Counted from the stretch's first letter, positions 19,320 to 33,111 are shown. The stretch is 64,000 nt of DNA from Thainema sp. (GCA_052168235.1 JBQLZK010000002.1:192001-256000), one strand, 5' to 3'. Translations and numbers: made by a program. The notes: generated by a model not told the origin, from the letters alone.

Positions 19320-19473
19320 GGTTTTCTCTCGTTATTGTCTCTACAGGGATAGTTTATTACAGCTTTTAAGTTCGATTTATCTGTCCTAAAGCGGGGAAGC
19401 TCGGAAATCCCGTATTTAAACCGAAAAGCCGCACGTTTACGCGCGGCTTTTGGTTCAGTGGTAAAACGCTACT

Positions 19474-22400
19474 CTATTGGACTGAACTAAGCACCTTTTC
19501 TTCAGAAGCCTCTGGATTAGTCAATGCCGAATCCGCTTCGGATGGTGGGACGACTTGCCAGAACTTGGTCTTGTAGTCTGACCAGTTGGCCAGAATCCGC
19601 TTCGCTTTTTCGCTGCCCGTGCGCTCGGCGTGAGCTTCAATCAGCGACTTGAGCTGCTGTTCACCTGCGTCAGTGATCACCCGCTGCACATTGACGATTT
19701 CGGGGTTGACGTGAGTGGGGAATGAGCCATCTTTGTCGAGGAAGTAGGCTAGTCCGCCCGTCATACCTGCGCCGACGTTGCGGCCTACTCGACCGAGCAC
19801 GACGACAACGCCGCCAGTCATATATTCACAACAGTGGTCGCCTGCACCTTCAATTACAGCCTGTGCCTTGGAGTTACGGACGGCAAAGCGTTCGCCAGCT
19901 TGTCCCAGGGCAAACAGCGTGCCGCCCGTCGCGCCATAGAGACAGGTATTGCCGATAATCACGTTTTGGGACGGATCAAAGGTGGCAGAAGCGAGGGATT
20001 TGACGATGATCTCGCCACCGTGCATACCCTTACCAACATAGTCATTGGCGTCGCCTTCCAGACGCAGAATCACATTGGGCAAGTTGAAGGCCCCAAAACT
20101 CTGACCAATACTGCCCGTGAAGTTGAGGTTGATTTGGCCCTCAAAGCCCGTGTTGCCATACTGCTTCGCAATGACGCCAGCTAGCCGTGCGCCAACCGTC
20201 CGATCGGTATTGACGACAGCATAGGATTTCGTCACCGTACCGTGATTCTGAATCGCGGTTTGAATATCGGCATCAGCCAAAATTTCGTCATCGAGAACGG
20301 GGCCGTTGCTGTGAACATCGCCGTGGTTCAACCAGTTGCGGTCTGTGCGAGTATCCGGTAGCTGGGTCAGGCAGTCGAGATTGAGACCAACAGTCTTAGT
20401 GAGCTGAGCGCCTGCCCGATGGGTCAGCAAATCAGCCCGACCGATTACCTCATTCAGCGACCGATAGCCCAGGTGAGCCAACAGCGATCGCACTTCTTCA
20501 GCAATAAAGAAGAAGAAGTTAACGACGTTATCTGGAATGCCGGAGAACCGCTTACGCAGCTCTTCTCGCTGGGTGGCAACGCCCACGGGACAGTTGTTGG
20601 TGTGGCAGATGCGAGCCATGATGCAGCCCTCGGCAATCATGGCGATGGAGCCAAAGCCAAATTCCTCAGCCCCCATCAGTGCCCCCATCAGCACATCCCA
20701 GCCAGACTTGAGGCCACCATCGACCCGTAAAATAACGCGATCGCGCAGTTCGTTTACCAGCAGCGCCCGATGAACTTCAGTTAGACCGAGTTCCCAAGGA
20801 CTGCCCGCGTGCTTGATCGAGCTGAGCGGCGATGCACCCGTACCGCCATCGTGACCGGAGATTTGGATGATATCGGCGTTGGCCTTGGCCACACCCGCCG
20901 CAATCGTGCCGATGCCAATTTCGGCAACCAGCTTGACGGAAACGGCGGCTTGAGGATTGATCTGGTGCAGGTCAAAAATCAGCTGTGACAGATCCTCAAT
21001 TGAGTAAATGTCGTGGTGCGGTGGTGGCGAAATCAGGGTTACACCGGGCTTCGAGCGCCGCAGCATGGCAATGTAAGGACTGACCTTCTTACCCGGAAGC
21101 TGACCGCCCTCACCGGGCTTTGCGCCTTGAGCCATCTTGATCTCAAGCTGTTTGCCACTCATCAGGTACTCAGGTGTGACGCCAAACCGCCCGGATGCGA
21201 CCTGCTTAATGGCTGAGTTGGCGGTGTCGCCGTTCTTCAAGCCGTGCAGGTGCGGCAGCGTAGGTGAATTGCCGTTTTCGTCAACGTCATTCAACACCTC
21301 AAAACGAACGGGATCTTCGCCGCCTTCACCGGAGTTGGACTTGCCGCCGATCCGATTCATTGCGATCGCAAGTGTCTCGTGCGCCTCACGGGACAGTGCG
21401 CCTAACGACATACCGCCCGTGCAGAACCGCTTCATGATCGACTCAACGGGTTCAACTTCGTCCAGAGAAATCGAGTTGCGATCGCTCTTGAAGTCGAGTA
21501 AATCCCGCAGTGCCGTAATTGGCCGTTCAGCCAAATGGCGCTTGTAGACCTCGTAGTGGTCATACTGGCGATTATCGACCGCTTTATGCAGCGCTTTCGC
21601 CATCTCAGGGCTGTTCATGTGGTACTCGCCACCGGGACGGTACTGCACGAAGCCCATGTTTTCCAGCTTTTTGCCCGACAGTTCGGGGAACGCTTTGCGA
21701 ATAAACGAGACGGTTTCCTGCGCCAAATCCGTCAGCGTCAGACCGCCTAAGCGAGACGTTGTGCCCCGGAAGCCTGTTTCCAGTAGATCGACACCAATGC
21801 CAATCGCTTCAAAAATCTGTGCGCCCTGATAGCTAGATAGGAGTGAAATGCCCATCTTGGACAGGATCTTTAGCAGACCCGCCTCAATCGCCTTTCGATA
21901 GTTTTCCTGCGCTCCATTCAGCGTAGACAGCGGAATGCGGCCCCGCTCCATCAGCTTCTGAGTCTTGGAATCGTTCCACCAGTGACGTACCGTTTCCAGC
22001 GTCAAATAGGGACAAACGGCACTGGCACCGTAGCCCAGTAGGCAGGCAAAGTGATGCGTACTCCAGCACTGAGCGGTGTCTACGACCAATGACGCCTTCA
22101 TGCGGATTTGCTCACGGATCAGGTGATGGTGAACCGCACCCACAGCTAGCATCGGCGGAATGTAGGTTTGTCCTGCTTTCAGCGTCATGGTGTTGCCGTT
22201 AGCATCGACGCGATCGCTCAGTACCAAAATCTTGGCACCAGACTTCACCGCAGCCGTGGCCTGTTCGCAGAGATGTGCGATCGCAGTCTTCAATCCTTCT
22301 GGGCCTGCTTCGAGGTCGAACAGCGTAGACAGCTTCGTTGCTTTGAGAGAAGACTGGCAGATCAGATCCAGTTCCGGCTCGTTCAGTACCGGGGACTTCA

Positions 22401-24174
22401 GCTTGATCAGATGCGCATACTCCGGATGCGCTTCGAGCAGGTTGCCCCGCTCGCCCAACTGCATACTGAGAGACATGACCAGCCGCTCCCGCAGCGGGTC
22501 GATGGGAGGGTTCGTGACTTGAGCAAACCGCTGCTTGAAGTAGTTGTAGAGTAGGTGCGATTTCTCAGACAAAACCGCCAGCGGAATGTCGTCACCCATG
22601 CAGAAGGTCGGCTCTTTCCCCTGCATCGCCATTTCCTGGATGATCATCTCCACGTCTTCGGCGGTATAGCCAAATGCCGTTTGATGCACCAGCAAATCCT
22701 GTGATTCTAAAACGGTAGCTTCACTGAAAAGCTGTGGTTCTAGATCCTGACGGTGCTCCTTCAGCCAATCACCATAGGGCTGAGCTTGAGCCACCTTTTG
22801 CTTGATGTCCCAGTTTTTCAGGACTTCTAGAGTTTCAAGATTGAAGGCAATGGTTTGACCGGGGCCAAGCCGACCTTTTTCGATAATCTCAGCTTCGGGC
22901 AAATCAACTACGCCTGCCTCAGAGGAGACAACGAAGTAACCGTCACGGGTAACGCTGTAGCGAGCCGGACGCAAGCCATTCCGATCCAGCGCGGCACCGA
23001 CGATCTTGCCGTCGCTGAAGGAGATCAGAGCGGGGCCATCCCAGGGTTCCTGAAGACCGCTGTAGTACTCGTAGAAGTCAACAATTTCAGGATGATCGGC
23101 CAAATCAGGCTGATTGCCGTAAGCTTCAGGCACCAGAATCATCAGCGCCGACAGCGGACTGCGGCCAGAGCGGGTCAGCAGCTCCATCACGTTGTCTAGG
23201 TTGGCCGAATCGCTGTTTTCTGGATTGACAACGGGTTTAATATCTTCCAGGCGGTCACCCCACAGCGGATGCGCCAAATCGGCTTCCCGCGCCACCATCC
23301 AGTTGATGTTGCCGAGCAGGGTATTGATTTCGCCATTGTGACCCAGTAGCCGCATCGGTTGAGCCAGCGGCCACTTGGGCATGGTGTTGGTGCTAAAGCG
23401 GCGGTGATAAATGGCAAAAACACTGGTGTAGTCAGAATTTTGGAAATCCAAGTAAAACGTGCCCAGAACCGCTGAGCGAACCATGCCTTTATAGATGATG
23501 GTGCGGCAAGAGAGGGAACAAATGTAGGTATCTTCCCGTAATCGACCTGAGCCATCCGCAGACTGCACAACTGCTTTCTCGATTTGCTTGCGGACGAGGA
23601 AAAGCTGCCGCTCCAGTTCATCTTTGTCAGTCGTTGTGCTGCGGACGAAAATTTGTTCAACTAGCGGCTGGTACTGCTTGGCCTGTACGCCCAATACATC
23701 CGGTGCAACGGGCACCGAGCGCCAGCCTAAAAAGTCCAAACCTGAATCGCTGATTTTTTGCTCAATGATGCTGCGAGCCTGCGCTGCGATCGCATCATCC
23801 ATCGGCAAAAACACCATGCCCACAGCCAGCGTTTGAGTCTCGTCAGTCAGACTCACATTGCGTTCAGCTAACCATGACTGAAACAGCGACCACGGAATTG
23901 CCGTCATTACGCCTGCGCCATCTCCAGAATCGCGATCGGCGCTACAGGCTCCACGATGCTCCAAACAGGTCAACGCTGACAGCGCCTTCTGCACCAAATC
24001 ATGACTGGCTCGGCCCTGCTGATCGGCAATAAACCCCACGCCACAGGCATCTCGCTCTTCCACCAACCATTTCTGGCCGGAGTAGCCTGCCTCCACCGAC
24101 TGGGATATTACTGAATTGTGGTTTACGCTCGTGTTGTTCATGGAGTAGCTCATTTTATTTATCACGCTCTGCAA
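19474..24174 (-). CDS. glsF: Ferredoxin-dependent glutamate synthase (Fd-GOGAT)
   Basis: [10 protein letters not shown]-terminal amidotransferase Cys, [40 protein letters not shown]; no adjacent small subunit. Confidence 0.93.
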   Translation of the reverse strand: MQSVINKMSYSMNNTSVNHNSVISQSVEAGYSGQKWLVEERDACGVGFIADQQGRASHDLVQKALSALTCLEHRGACSADRDSGDGAGVMTAIPWSLFQSWLAERNVSLTDETQTLAVGMVFLPMDDAIAAQARSIIEQKISDSGLDFLGWRSVPVAPDVLGVQAKQYQPLVEQIFVRSTTTDKDELERQLFLVRKQIEKAVVQSADGSGRLREDTYICSLSCRTIIYKGMVRSAVLGTFYLDFQNSDYTSVFAIYHRRFSTNTMPKWPLAQPMRLLGHNGEINTLLGNINWMVAREADLAHPLWGDRLEDIKPVVNPENSDSANLDNVMELLTRSGRSPLSALMILVPEAYGNQPDLADHPEIVDFYEYYSGLQEPWDGPALISFSDGKIVGAALDRNGLRPARYSVTRDGYFVVSSEAGVVDLPEAEIIEKGRLGPGQTIAFNLETLEVLKNWDIKQKVAQAQPYGDWLKEHRQDLEPQLFSEATVLESQDLLVHQTAFGYTAEDVEMIIQEMAMQGKEPTFCMGDDIPLAVLSEKSHLLYNYFKQRFAQVTNPPIDPLRERLVMSLSMQLGERGNLLEAHPEYAHLIKLKSPVLNEPELDLICQSSLKATKLSTLFDLEAGPEGLKTAIAHLCEQATAAVKSGAKILVLSDRVDANGNTMTLKAGQTYIPPMLAVGAVHHHLIREQIRMKASLVVDTAQCWSTHHFACLLGYGASAVCPYLTLETVRHWWNDSKTQKLMERGRIPLSTLNGAQENYRKAIEAGLLKILSKMGISLLSSYQGAQIFEAIGIGVDLLETGFRGTTSRLGGLTLTDLAQETVSFIRKAFPELSGKKLENMGFVQYRPGGEYHMNSPEMAKALHKAVDNRQYDHYEVYKRHLAERPITALRDLLDFKSDRNSISLDEVEPVESIMKRFCTGGMSLGALSREAHETLAIAMNRIGGKSNSGEGGEDPVRFEVLNDVDENGNSPTLPHLHGLKNGDTANSAIKQVASGRFGVTPEYLMSGKQLEIKMAQGAKPGEGGQLPGKKVSPYIAMLRRSKPGVTLISPPPHHDIYSIEDLSQLIFDLHQINPQAAVSVKLVAEIGIGTIAAGVAKANADIIQISGHDGGTGASPLSSIKHAGSPWELGLTEVHRALLVNELRDRVILRVDGGLKSGWDVLMGALMGAEEFGFGSIAMIAEGCIMARICHTNNCPVGVATQREELRKRFSGIPDNVVNFFFFIAEEVRSLLAHLGYRSLNEVIGRADLLTHRAGAQLTKTVGLNLDCLTQLPDTRTDRNWLNHGDVHSNGPVLDDEILADADIQTAIQNHGTVTKSYAVVNTDRTVGARLAGVIAKQYGNTGFEGQINLNFTGSIGQSFGAFNLPNVILRLEGDANDYVGKGMHGGEIIVKSLASATFDPSQNVIIGNTCLYGATGGTLFALGQAGERFAVRNSKAQAVIEGAGDHCCEYMTGGVVVVLGRVGRNVGAGMTGGLAYFLDKDGSFPTHVNPEIVNVQRVITDAGEQQLKSLIEAHAERTGSEKAKRILANWSDYKTKFWQVVPPSEADSALTNPEASEEKVLSSVQ

Positions 24175-24899
24175 TTATCTAGAGCCGTCTGATGGTTACA
24201 GAACAGCTCAATTGCTGTGTCCAGCTTGGGTATGGGTCATGTTCAGCATTGTTTTGCTCAACCTACACGTTCTGACAACCGCACCAGCAGGTGCTCGTCA
24301 TGCTTAAGAAAGCAGTATGAAAGCAGTGTTTTAGCCTTGATGTCACTTATCCTGTTGATCAACAGCTCACTATGGATCTTTTCCTTGGAGGTTTAACAGT
24401 GAGAACCTCGCTGAGAAGAGACAAGCTTAGACCTGCACAGATGAACTCCGCAGGTTTTTCGGCTTTTTGCAGTTGGCTGTAATGTCGGTTTCTAAGGCTT
24501 GTACTGGCTAGCTCTACGATCAGTAGCTTAGAGATCTTATATAAATTGCACAGTGCTGGCAATCTATGGCTCAGTCCTCTAGCACTATGAGGACGAAACC
24601 ATATTTCTATCTGTCTTGGTGTAGCTATTCAGACAGGCAGACTCACGTACAGCATTGAAACAAATGGAACTTGATTGTTGAGACTGCTGCGGATCGAGAA
24701 ACCTATGGCCAGATTACTCAGATAAAAATTGTCTGGAGGAGCCACCAAGAATTGATCGAGTAGACCTCTTAATACTCTTTTTACATTATGCAACGTTTCG
24801 TTTAATTAGAAGTCATTATTTCTTGATGGGTGTTACGGTCGCTACCAATTTTCCATGTTCTGAATCACGATTTGAATAACTGCCACATAGCGGCACATT

Positions 24900-26912
24900 T
24901 TGCGATCGCGCACGTCTGATTCACTAAATCCTGAGAGCCAATTTCCGTGTGTTAGGAGCAAGTTTGTGGACTGGAATTTTCGTTTTGGACGCTCAAATCG
25001 TCTCACCTCATCCAAGAGTTATCGCTGGCTGGCCAATCTGTTAATCCGATTACTGTCGTTTAAGCTCACTCGGCAGCGCCAGCTTGGCTTGTTTAGCCTA
25101 GCGTTGCTCCTAACCGTACTGAGTGCAGCCGGACGTCCGGCATCCATCAACGGTGACGGGCTTAGCCGCTTACTGCCGGGACAGATTTCGCCGGGAGTTG
25201 CCCAATTGTCACCAACATCAACCGATCCAGTCGATTCATCGCAAATCAGCCAAGTTCCGCCCGCTTCAAACCAAGGGAACCGAATTGTACTGAATGGGCA
25301 GACTTTGATCGGTAACTGGATACAGCGGGATCAGCAGTTAGGCATCTCAGATGCGGCCCTCATGCAGGTGATGGGCGTGGAACTGCTGAATAGCCAGCGT
25401 TACGACCAGCAGCCGCTACAGTGGTATTCTGATTTTGCCGATACGTCTTTATCAGCCATGACCTGGTTTGACTCCGGCTTGCGCTACGTTGATGTTGCTT
25501 CCTTAGTGCAGCGATATGGCTGGCAAGTGCAGTCCCAGGGCAATCTATTGGCGATTCAAACGGCACCCGCCCAAATTTCAGCCGTTCGTCAAGGCCGACA
25601 AGATTGGGGCGATCGCATTGTGATCGATTTGAGCCAACCCGCCCCCTGGCAAATCGACGAGCTGCGCGGTGAAGCGACGATTACGCTAGATGCGATCGCA
25701 AATCCTCAGGTACTCAGCACCTTTGAGACTCGACCCGGTAATTTACTCTCTAGCCTGCGCCTCTCTAGTCAGTCAGGCCGTACTCAAATTTCGCTACAGT
25801 TCCCAGCTACCGTCCGGCCCCGCCTCTGGACATTGCCCAATCCCAACCGACTGGTGATTGATGTGCGATCGGACGCCATGATTGAGCGCGATTTGGCCTG
25901 GGCACCCGGCATCCGCTGGCAGCAGAAATGGGTAGCGGTTGGTTCGGCTCAGTTTCCAGTGACAATGCTGACGCTTGATCCCCAAGATCCCCATATTGAG
26001 ATTCGTCCCATCCGCAGTAATCCCACTGCGGCTGAAGGGATTAGTCCACTGGTGACAATGGCCCAATCCTCTGGAGCCGTGGCTGCAATTAATGGAGGAT
26101 TTTTTAATCGCAATAACCAGCTACCCTTGGGAGTTGTTCGAGACAATAATCGCTGGCTGTCTGGCCCGATTTTGAATCGCGGTGCGATCGCATGGAACGA
26201 ACAGCATCAGGCAGTGGTTGATCGCTTGTCACTGTTAGAGGAAATCGCCACCTCAACTGGACAGCGCTTTCCAATTAGTCATTTGAACAGTGGCTATGTT
26301 GAGGCTGGCATTGCTCGCTATACGCCGGAATGGGGCAGTTCCTATAAAACGATGACTGATAGCGAAGTGGTTGTCACCGTGCAGCAAGGGCAGGTCACCA
26401 ACAATCAATCCGCAACCGCTGCCGGGCAGGCCGTTCCGATTCCGCAGGATGGTTATTTGTTAGTCGTGCGTTCTAACGCTGCCGCTGCCCAAGCGCTGCC
26501 GATTGGCGCAACTGTGACCCCGACAACCCGCACGTATCCCGATGCGCTCGTGCAGTCACCGAATTTGATGGGAGGTGGCCCCCTGCTGGTCAAAAATGGC
26601 CGGATTGTTTTGGACGCCCCGGCTGAACAGTTCAGCACGGCCTTTATTCAACAAGCGGCTCCTCGCAGTGCAATCGGCGTTGTCAACAATCAACTGATCC
26701 TGGTTGCCGTTCACAATCGAGTCGGTGGCGCAGGCCCGACCTTAAGTGAAATGGCGCGACTGATGCAGCAGCTTGGCGCGACGGAGGCACTTAATTTAGA
26801 TGGCGGCAGTTCCACATCGCTTTACTTGGGCGGCAGATTGATCGATCGATCAGCCCGAGCCGCAGCCAGAGTGAATAACGGTATCGGCGTTTTTCTCCGT
26901 GATCTGCCATAG
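24900..26912 (+). CDS. Secreted phosphodiester glycosidase (NAGPA/DUF2233) family protein; start uncertain
   Basis: AAINGGFF, GGGPLLV, PRSAIG, ALNLDGGSSTSL motifs. Confidence 0.82.
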   Translation: MRSRTSDSLNPESQFPCVRSKFVDWNFRFGRSNRLTSSKSYRWLANLLIRLLSFKLTRQRQLGLFSLALLLTVLSAAGRPASINGDGLSRLLPGQISPGVAQLSPTSTDPVDSSQISQVPPASNQGNRIVLNGQTLIGNWIQRDQQLGISDAALMQVMGVELLNSQRYDQQPLQWYSDFADTSLSAMTWFDSGLRYVDVASLVQRYGWQVQSQGNLLAIQTAPAQISAVRQGRQDWGDRIVIDLSQPAPWQIDELRGEATITLDAIANPQVLSTFETRPGNLLSSLRLSSQSGRTQISLQFPATVRPRLWTLPNPNRLVIDVRSDAMIERDLAWAPGIRWQQKWVAVGSAQFPVTMLTLDPQDPHIEIRPIRSNPTAAEGISPLVTMAQSSGAVAAINGGFFNRNNQLPLGVVRDNNRWLSGPILNRGAIAWNEQHQAVVDRLSLLEEIATSTGQRFPISHLNSGYVEAGIARYTPEWGSSYKTMTDSEVVVTVQQGQVTNNQSATAAGQAVPIPQDGYLLVVRSNAAAAQALPIGATVTPTTRTYPDALVQSPNLMGGGPLLVKNGRIVLDAPAEQFSTAFIQQAAPRSAIGVVNNQLILVAVHNRVGGAGPTLSEMARLMQQLGATEALNLDGGSSTSLYLGGRLIDRSARAAARVNNGIGVFLRDLP

Positions 26913-27163
26913 AAATAGGCGTACAAACATTACAGCCATACTGAAATCTAATGAAGCAACTGTTAAAACAGCCGCCAACCTGTGAAAACTTATTGTAGAT
27001 GTGCGTTCATGTAGGAACTTAACCCCCTAGAACCTGTTCGGTGTTGCTATATTGCACTTGTCATATTAACCAGCCAATCAAATAAAAAACGATCGTGGCG
27101 CACTACCCAAAAACTGTACGTACACAACTGCCCATATACAGTTAATGTTCTAAGGAGAAATCT

Positions 27164-27580
27164 GTGGCTAAACCTCAAACTGTTGCTCAAAACCAGATGC
27201 CTTTGCCCGATTCTGCGATCGCAAGAAGTGTTGCAGCAACTGAACTCCGTCCTTGGGGATCTTTCACTGTCCTTGAAGAAGGCCGCGGCTATAAAATTAA
27301 GCGAATTGAGGTCAAGCCCAATCATCGGCTCAGCCTCCAGATGCATCACCATCGGAGTGAACACTGGATCGTTGTATCCGGAACGGCCAAGGTAACCTGC
27401 GCTGAAAAAGAAACTCTGTTATCTACTAATCAATCGACCTACGTGCCACCCTGCACCGCCCACCGTCTTGAAAACCCTGGTGTAATTCCTTTAGTTTTGA
27501 TTGAAGTGCAAAACGGGGAATATCTGGGCGAGGACGATATCGTTCGCTTCCAAGATGACTACGCTCGTACTAACTCTTAG
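27164..27580 (+). CDS. Mannose-6-phosphate isomerase type II C-terminal cupin
   Basis: RPWGSF, LSLQMHHHRSEHWIVVSG, EVQNGEYLGEDDIVRFQDDY. Confidence 0.9.
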   Translation: MAKPQTVAQNQMPLPDSAIARSVAATELRPWGSFTVLEEGRGYKIKRIEVKPNHRLSLQMHHHRSEHWIVVSGTAKVTCAEKETLLSTNQSTYVPPCTAHRLENPGVIPLVLIEVQNGEYLGEDDIVRFQDDYARTNS

Positions 27581-27701
27581 TTATTTATTAGGTTCTTAAG
27601 CGGTTTGGAAGACGAGTTCGGCGCTATCACAGTACCGGACTCGTCTTTTTGGTATGAACCTGTGCCAGACAACCGCTACTTTGCTTTAAGATGGAAAAAC
27701 A

Positions 27702-28106
27702 GTGACTTCAAAGCTGACACAAAATGTTGAAATGATCGAAATTAGCCAAACCGCCATCCAAGAGATTAATCGTTTACGCCAAAAACAAGCCCCCAACTCG
27801 GTTGTTCACATCGGTTTGTGCTCCGGTGGATGCCTGGAATGGCTGTATACGCTTGAATTTACTGAGCAAGTCTCTTCAGAGGATAACAACGTTGTCGAAT
27901 GCGCTAATGGCATTCGTGTTCAAATTGCCAAACAAGCCCAACCATATCTGGAGGGGCTCAAACTCGACTATTCTGAAGATCTGATGGGGGGTAGCTTTCG
28001 CTTCCACAACCCCAATGCGACTCAGCATTGCGGATGCGGTAACTCCTTTGCGATCGCACCTGTCGCTTCGAATACAGGTACCATAGACATCGATTACTCA
28101 ATCTGA
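27702..28106 (+). CDS. HesB/IscA iron-sulfur cluster assembly accessory protein
   Basis: GGC, DYSEDLMGGSFRFHNPNA, CGCGNSF. Confidence 0.88.
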   Translation: MTSKLTQNVEMIEISQTAIQEINRLRQKQAPNSVVHIGLCSGGCLEWLYTLEFTEQVSSEDNNVVECANGIRVQIAKQAQPYLEGLKLDYSEDLMGGSFRFHNPNATQHCGCGNSFAIAPVASNTGTIDIDYSI

Positions 28107-28282
28107 GCGTTACCGTCGCTACCATCGCTAGAATTGCTCTGGTTTGCTCTTTCAAAACTCCAAGCTAAGGAACAAGATTGACTTATGTTCGGTATGCTTG
28201 ACAGTTTTTTTGATAAATCGCTAGAATCAACATTTGTGTATACATCTAAGCTAATTCACTTGAGGTAAACCGCACCACACTC

Positions 28283-28654
28283 ATGCCTACTATTCAACAG
28301 CTCATTCGTGACGAGCGTCGCAAAGCGAAAAAGAAAACAAAATCCCCAGCCCTAAAAAGCTGCCCTCAGCGCCGTGGAGTATGTACCAGGGTTTATACCA
28401 CTACTCCGAAAAAGCCCAACTCTGCATTGAGAAAGGTCGCTAGGGTTCGTCTAACATCTGGATTCGAAGTGACTGCTTACATTCCGGGAATTGGTCATAA
28501 CTTGCAAGAGCACTCTGTTGTGATGATTCGGGGTGGTCGTGTTAAAGATTTACCTGGTGTCCGCTATCACATCATTCGCGGCACGCTTGATACAGCCGGA
28601 GTCAAAGATCGGCGTCAAGGTCGCTCTAAATATGGTGCAAAGCGTCCTGGCTAA
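28283..28654 (+). CDS. rpsL: 30S ribosomal protein S12
   Basis: [34 protein letters not shown]. Confidence 0.99.
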   Translation: MPTIQQLIRDERRKAKKKTKSPALKSCPQRRGVCTRVYTTTPKKPNSALRKVARVRLTSGFEVTAYIPGIGHNLQEHSVVMIRGGRVKDLPGVRYHIIRGTLDTAGVKDRRQGRSKYGAKRPG

Positions 28655-28967
28655 CTTGAAGTGCAGAGGCTAACGTTACATCTGTCTTGAGCTTTATTGA
28701 ACGGGACGACCCTTGAGTAAAAATCTTGAGCAAGAACTAAGTCAGGTTTTATTGATGCCTTGATAATTTGTTTTGCGCTATTTACTTGAGACGATGTCCT
28801 AAGGAGGTAAGCAAATTCGGTAAAGCTCAAAACAGCGCTTTCTGAGCCCAAAAACGAGTTGTTTAGCCCGAAAGAATAGGAAGCTTAGCCAAAGCACTCA
28901 GTTGCATTGTTGGTTTCCCAAAAGTTTTGTTGTTAATTTTCTGACGAGTTAGTTTTAAGGTACGCCT

Positions 28968-29438
28968 ATGTCCCGCCGTATTACCGTTCAAAAAAGAGAA
29001 GTTCCGCCCGATTCTGTTTACAACAGTCGCCTTGTTAGCATGATGGTGCGGCGGATCATGAGAGATGGCAAGAAGTCACTGGCTTCTCGTCTTATCTATG
29101 ATGCTTTCAAAATCATTGAGGAACGGACTAATTCTGATCCGTTAGAGGTTTTTGAGCAAGCTGTCCGCAACGCTACTCCGCTAGTTGAGGTGAAGGCCCG
29201 CCGCGTAGGTGGTGCAACTTACCAAGTCCCGATGGAAGTTCGTTCCGATCGGGGTACTGCGTTGGCGCTACGTTGGCTAACACAGTTTTCTCGTCAGCGT
29301 CCAGGCCGAACGATGGCTAGTAAATTAGCGAATGAGCTGATGGATGCAGCCAACGAAACTGGCAACACCATCAGAAAGCGCGAAGAAACTCACCGCATGG
29401 CTGAAGCCAACAAAGCCTTTGCTCATTATCGTTACTAA
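28968..29438 (+). CDS. rpsG: 30S ribosomal protein S7
   Basis: [26 protein letters not shown]. Confidence 0.99.
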   Translation: MSRRITVQKREVPPDSVYNSRLVSMMVRRIMRDGKKSLASRLIYDAFKIIEERTNSDPLEVFEQAVRNATPLVEVKARRVGGATYQVPMEVRSDRGTALALRWLTQFSRQRPGRTMASKLANELMDAANETGNTIRKREETHRMAEANKAFAHYRY

Positions 29439-29625
29439 ACGTCGTCATCTAAATCTAGAGACTGCTTGCTCACATTGACTGAAAATTGATCATTGAGATC
29501 GATGGCTGATTGGGAAATCGTTCATTTGAACATGCCCTCAGATGTATATCTGCATGCAGCCTCAAGTAGTTAGATTGAGGACTTAAGCGTTAGGATCCTG
29601 TTGCGGCGTAGGCAAAGGAGGTAGT

Positions 29626-31701
29626 GTGGTGCAAAACGTCCCACTTTCACAGACTAGAAATATTGGCATCGCGGCCCATATTGATGCAGGTAAAACGACC
29701 ACTACGGAACGGATTTTGTTCTATTCCGGCATCGTGCACAAAATGGGTGAGGTTCATGAGGGTACGGCTGTAACCGACTGGATGGCTCAGGAACGAGAAC
29801 GAGGCATCACCATTACGGCTGCGGCGATTAGTACCCAGTGGCGCGATCACAAGATCAATATCATTGATACCCCTGGACACGTTGATTTCACCATTGAAGT
29901 CGAACGGTCGATGCGCGTATTGGATGGCGTGATTACTGTTCTTTGCTCTGTTGGTGGGGTTCAACCTCAGACGGAAACGGTTTGGCGTCAAGCTGACCGC
30001 TACAATGTGCCGCGCATCATCTTTGTTAATAAGATGGATCGCACAGGAGCAAACTTCTACAAAGTCTATGAGCAGGTTTGCGATCGCTTACGGGCTAATG
30101 CCATTCCAATTCAGTTACCAATTGGTAGTGAAGATCAGTTTGACGGAGTTGTAGACTTAGTCAGCATGACGGCTCGGATTTACAATGATGATCTGGGCCA
30201 AGATATGGTGGACACTGATATTCCTGATGAGATGCAGGATTTGGTCAAGCAGTATCGTGGCAAGCTGATTGAAGCTGTTGCGGAAACGGATGATGCTTTG
30301 ACTGCAAAGTACTTGGAAGGAGAAACGTTTACCGAGGACGAAATTCGAACCGCAATTCGTAAAAGTACAATTGCTGGCAAGATGGTTCCAATGTTGTGTG
30401 GCTCCGCTTTCAAGAATAAGGGCGTCCAGCTCTTGTTAGATGCCGTTGTTGACTACTTACCTGCTCCAATTGATGTTCCACCCATTCAAGGTCTTTTGCC
30501 GAGTGGTGAAACAGCTTCGCGTCCGGCAGATGTCAATGCGCCTTTAGCCGCATTGGCCTTTAAGGTCATGTCTGACCCATATGGACGGTTGACATTTTTG
30601 CGGGTTTACTCCGGTTCTCTGAACAAAGGTAGCTACGTTTATAACGCGACCAAGCAAAAGAAGGAGCGTATCTCTCGTCTGATTGTCCTCAAAGCGGATG
30701 ATCGGATTGAAGTTGATGAGCTGCGGGCGGGAGATCTAGGAGCGGCTTTAGGATTAAAGGATACGACTACCGGGGATACAATCTGTGACGATCAAGATCC
30801 GATTGTTTTAGAGTCCCTGTATATTCCGGAGCCAGTTATTTCGGTTGCGATTGAACCGAAAACCAAGCAGGATATGGAGAAGCTGTCAAAAGCACTTCAG
30901 TCTCTCTCTGATGAAGATCCAACCTTTCGAGTGTCAACAAACCCAGAAACGAACCAAACTGTGATCGCAGGTATGGGAGAGTTGCACTTGGAAATTCTCG
31001 TGGATCGAATGCTGCGAGAATTTAAAGTCGAAGCGAATGTTGGTGCTCCCCAAGTCGCTTATCGAGAAACAATTCGCAAATCTGTTCAAGTTGAAGGCCG
31101 ATTTATTCGGCAAAGCGGTGGTAAAGGTCAGTATGGTCACGTCGTCATTGAGCTTGAACCCGGCGAAGCTGGCAGCGGATTTGAGTTTGTTTCTAAAATT
31201 GTTGGAGGTGTAATTCCAAAAGAGTATATTCCTTCTGCAGAACAAGGCATGAAGGAGGCTTGCGAATCTGGTATCCTAGCAGGGTACCCTGTGATTGATG
31301 TTAAAGCCACTCTAATTGACGGTTCATACCATGAGGTTGATTCCTCGGAAATGGCCTTCAAAATTGCCGGCTCAATCGCCATGAAAGATGGGGTTATGAA
31401 GGCAGCTCCTGTGCTGCTTGAGCCTGTAATGAAGGTTGAAGTTGAGGTTCCCGAAGACTTCTTGGGAGATGTTATGGGGGACCTCAATTCACGCCGAGGT
31501 CATATTGAAGGTATGAACACGGAAGAAGGTCTTGCCAAGGTTATCTCTAAGGTGCCTTTGGCAGAGATGTTTGGGTATGCTACCGACATTCGGTCTAAGA
31601 CCCAGGGTCGGGGCATTTTCTCAATGGAGTTTAGCGACTACGAAGAGGTGCCTCGCAATGTGGCTGAGGCAATCATCGCTAAGAGTAAAGGGAACGCATA
31701 A
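29626..31701 (+). CDS. fusA: Elongation factor G
   Basis: [29 protein letters not shown] before the GTG start. Confidence 0.99.
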   Translation: MVQNVPLSQTRNIGIAAHIDAGKTTTTERILFYSGIVHKMGEVHEGTAVTDWMAQERERGITITAAAISTQWRDHKINIIDTPGHVDFTIEVERSMRVLDGVITVLCSVGGVQPQTETVWRQADRYNVPRIIFVNKMDRTGANFYKVYEQVCDRLRANAIPIQLPIGSEDQFDGVVDLVSMTARIYNDDLGQDMVDTDIPDEMQDLVKQYRGKLIEAVAETDDALTAKYLEGETFTEDEIRTAIRKSTIAGKMVPMLCGSAFKNKGVQLLLDAVVDYLPAPIDVPPIQGLLPSGETASRPADVNAPLAALAFKVMSDPYGRLTFLRVYSGSLNKGSYVYNATKQKKERISRLIVLKADDRIEVDELRAGDLGAALGLKDTTTGDTICDDQDPIVLESLYIPEPVISVAIEPKTKQDMEKLSKALQSLSDEDPTFRVSTNPETNQTVIAGMGELHLEILVDRMLREFKVEANVGAPQVAYRETIRKSVQVEGRFIRQSGGKGQYGHVVIELEPGEAGSGFEFVSKIVGGVIPKEYIPSAEQGMKEACESGILAGYPVIDVKATLIDGSYHEVDSSEMAFKIAGSIAMKDGVMKAAPVLLEPVMKVEVEVPEDFLGDVMGDLNSRRGHIEGMNTEEGLAKVISKVPLAEMFGYATDIRSKTQGRGIFSMEFSDYEEVPRNVAEAIIAKSKGNA

Positions 31702-31722
31702 GAAGAAAGGAAGGCACAATTC

Positions 31723-32952
31723 ATGGCACGCGAAAAGTTTGAGCGGAAAAAACCCCACGTTAACATTGGCACCATTGGTCACGTTGACCACGGTAAAACA
31801 ACTCTGACTGCAGCAATTACCACTGCTTTGTCAGTTGGTGGCTTTGCAAAAGCTCGTAAGTATGACGAAATTGATGCTGCGCCTGAAGAGAAGGCACGTG
31901 GTATTACGATCAACACAGCTCACGTTGAGTATGAGACTGATAATCGTCACTATGCTCACGTTGACTGCCCTGGGCACGCAGACTATGTGAAGAACATGAT
32001 CACGGGTGCGGCCCAGATGGACGGTGCAATCCTGGTGGTTTCTGCAGCAGACGGTCCTATGCCTCAAACCCGTGAGCACATTCTGCTAGCAAAGCAGGTT
32101 GGTGTACCAAATATCGTTGTTTTCTTGAATAAGCAAGATCAAGTTGATGACGAAGAACTGCTAGAGCTGGTTGAGCTGGAAGTTCGCGAACTGCTGAGTT
32201 CTTACGATTTTCCTGGTGATGATATTCCCATCACTGCTGGTTCTGCGCTATTGGCTCTAGAAAAGCTGGCTGAGAATCCTAACACTGCCCGTGGTGAAAA
32301 TGAGTGGGTTGACAAGATCTATGCTCTGATGGATTCCGTTGATGACTACATCCCAACTCCTGAGCGTGACGTGGATAAGCCTTTCTTGATGGCGGTTGAA
32401 GACGTTTTCTCGATTACTGGTCGGGGTACCGTTGCAACTGGCCGGATTGAGCGGGGTAAAGTCAAGGTTGGTGAGGAAGTTGAGTTAGTTGGTATCCGCG
32501 ATACCCGCAAGACTACCGTAACCGGTGTTGAAATGTTCCAGAAGATTCTTGAAGAAGGAATGGCTGGAGATAACGTTGGCGTTCTGCTGCGTGGTATCCA
32601 GAAGGCTGACATTGAGCGTGGTATGGTGCTTGCCAAGCCTGGTTCCATCACGCCTCACACCAAATTTGAGTCTGAGGTTTACGTTCTGAAGAAGGAAGAG
32701 GGTGGTCGTCATACTCCTTTCTTCCCAGGTTATCGTCCTCAGTTCTACGTTCGGACAACCGACGTAACTGGCACGATTGAAACTTTTACCGCAGACGACG
32801 GCAGCGCAGCTGAAATGGTTATGCCTGGTGATCGCATCAAGATGACCGTTGAGTTGATTAACCCGATCGCAATTGAGCAGGGAATGCGTTTCGCCATCCG
32901 TGAAGGTGGCCGTACGGTTGGTGCTGGAGTCGTTTCTAAGATTCTAAAGTAA
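31723..32952 (+). CDS. tuf: Elongation factor Tu
   Basis: [17 protein letters not shown], cyanobacterial/plastid-type insert. Confidence 0.99.
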   Translation: MAREKFERKKPHVNIGTIGHVDHGKTTLTAAITTALSVGGFAKARKYDEIDAAPEEKARGITINTAHVEYETDNRHYAHVDCPGHADYVKNMITGAAQMDGAILVVSAADGPMPQTREHILLAKQVGVPNIVVFLNKQDQVDDEELLELVELEVRELLSSYDFPGDDIPITAGSALLALEKLAENPNTARGENEWVDKIYALMDSVDDYIPTPERDVDKPFLMAVEDVFSITGRGTVATGRIERGKVKVGEEVELVGIRDTRKTTVTGVEMFQKILEEGMAGDNVGVLLRGIQKADIERGMVLAKPGSITPHTKFESEVYVLKKEEGGRHTPFFPGYRPQFYVRTTDVTGTIETFTADDGSAAEMVMPGDRIKMTVELINPIAIEQGMRFAIREGGRTVGAGVVSKILK

Positions 32953-33111
32953 CGCTTTAGTTTCCCAGATTGACTCAAAGCTAACATTTGTATGCGTATG
33001 AGGGGCACAGTCCAGTCTGTAGCCCCTCTTCGCTCCTCAATTGGGTCGGCTATTAATCAGCGAAATTGGCAAAAATAATCTCTGTACCTGGACAATTTAA
33101 GGTTTAACGTC

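Noticed and set aside
19722..23836. Numerous antisense and alternative-frame ORFs within glsF (and similarly within other long genes)
   Set aside because: Shadow ORFs of GC-rich coding sequence with no independent evidence
24620..24635. NtcA site upstream of glsF (TGTA-N8-GACA)
   Set aside because: One mismatch in the core and no properly spaced -10 element
28283..28654. Streptomycin-resistance allele of rpsL
   Set aside because: Both PKKPNS and RVKDLPG lysines are wild type
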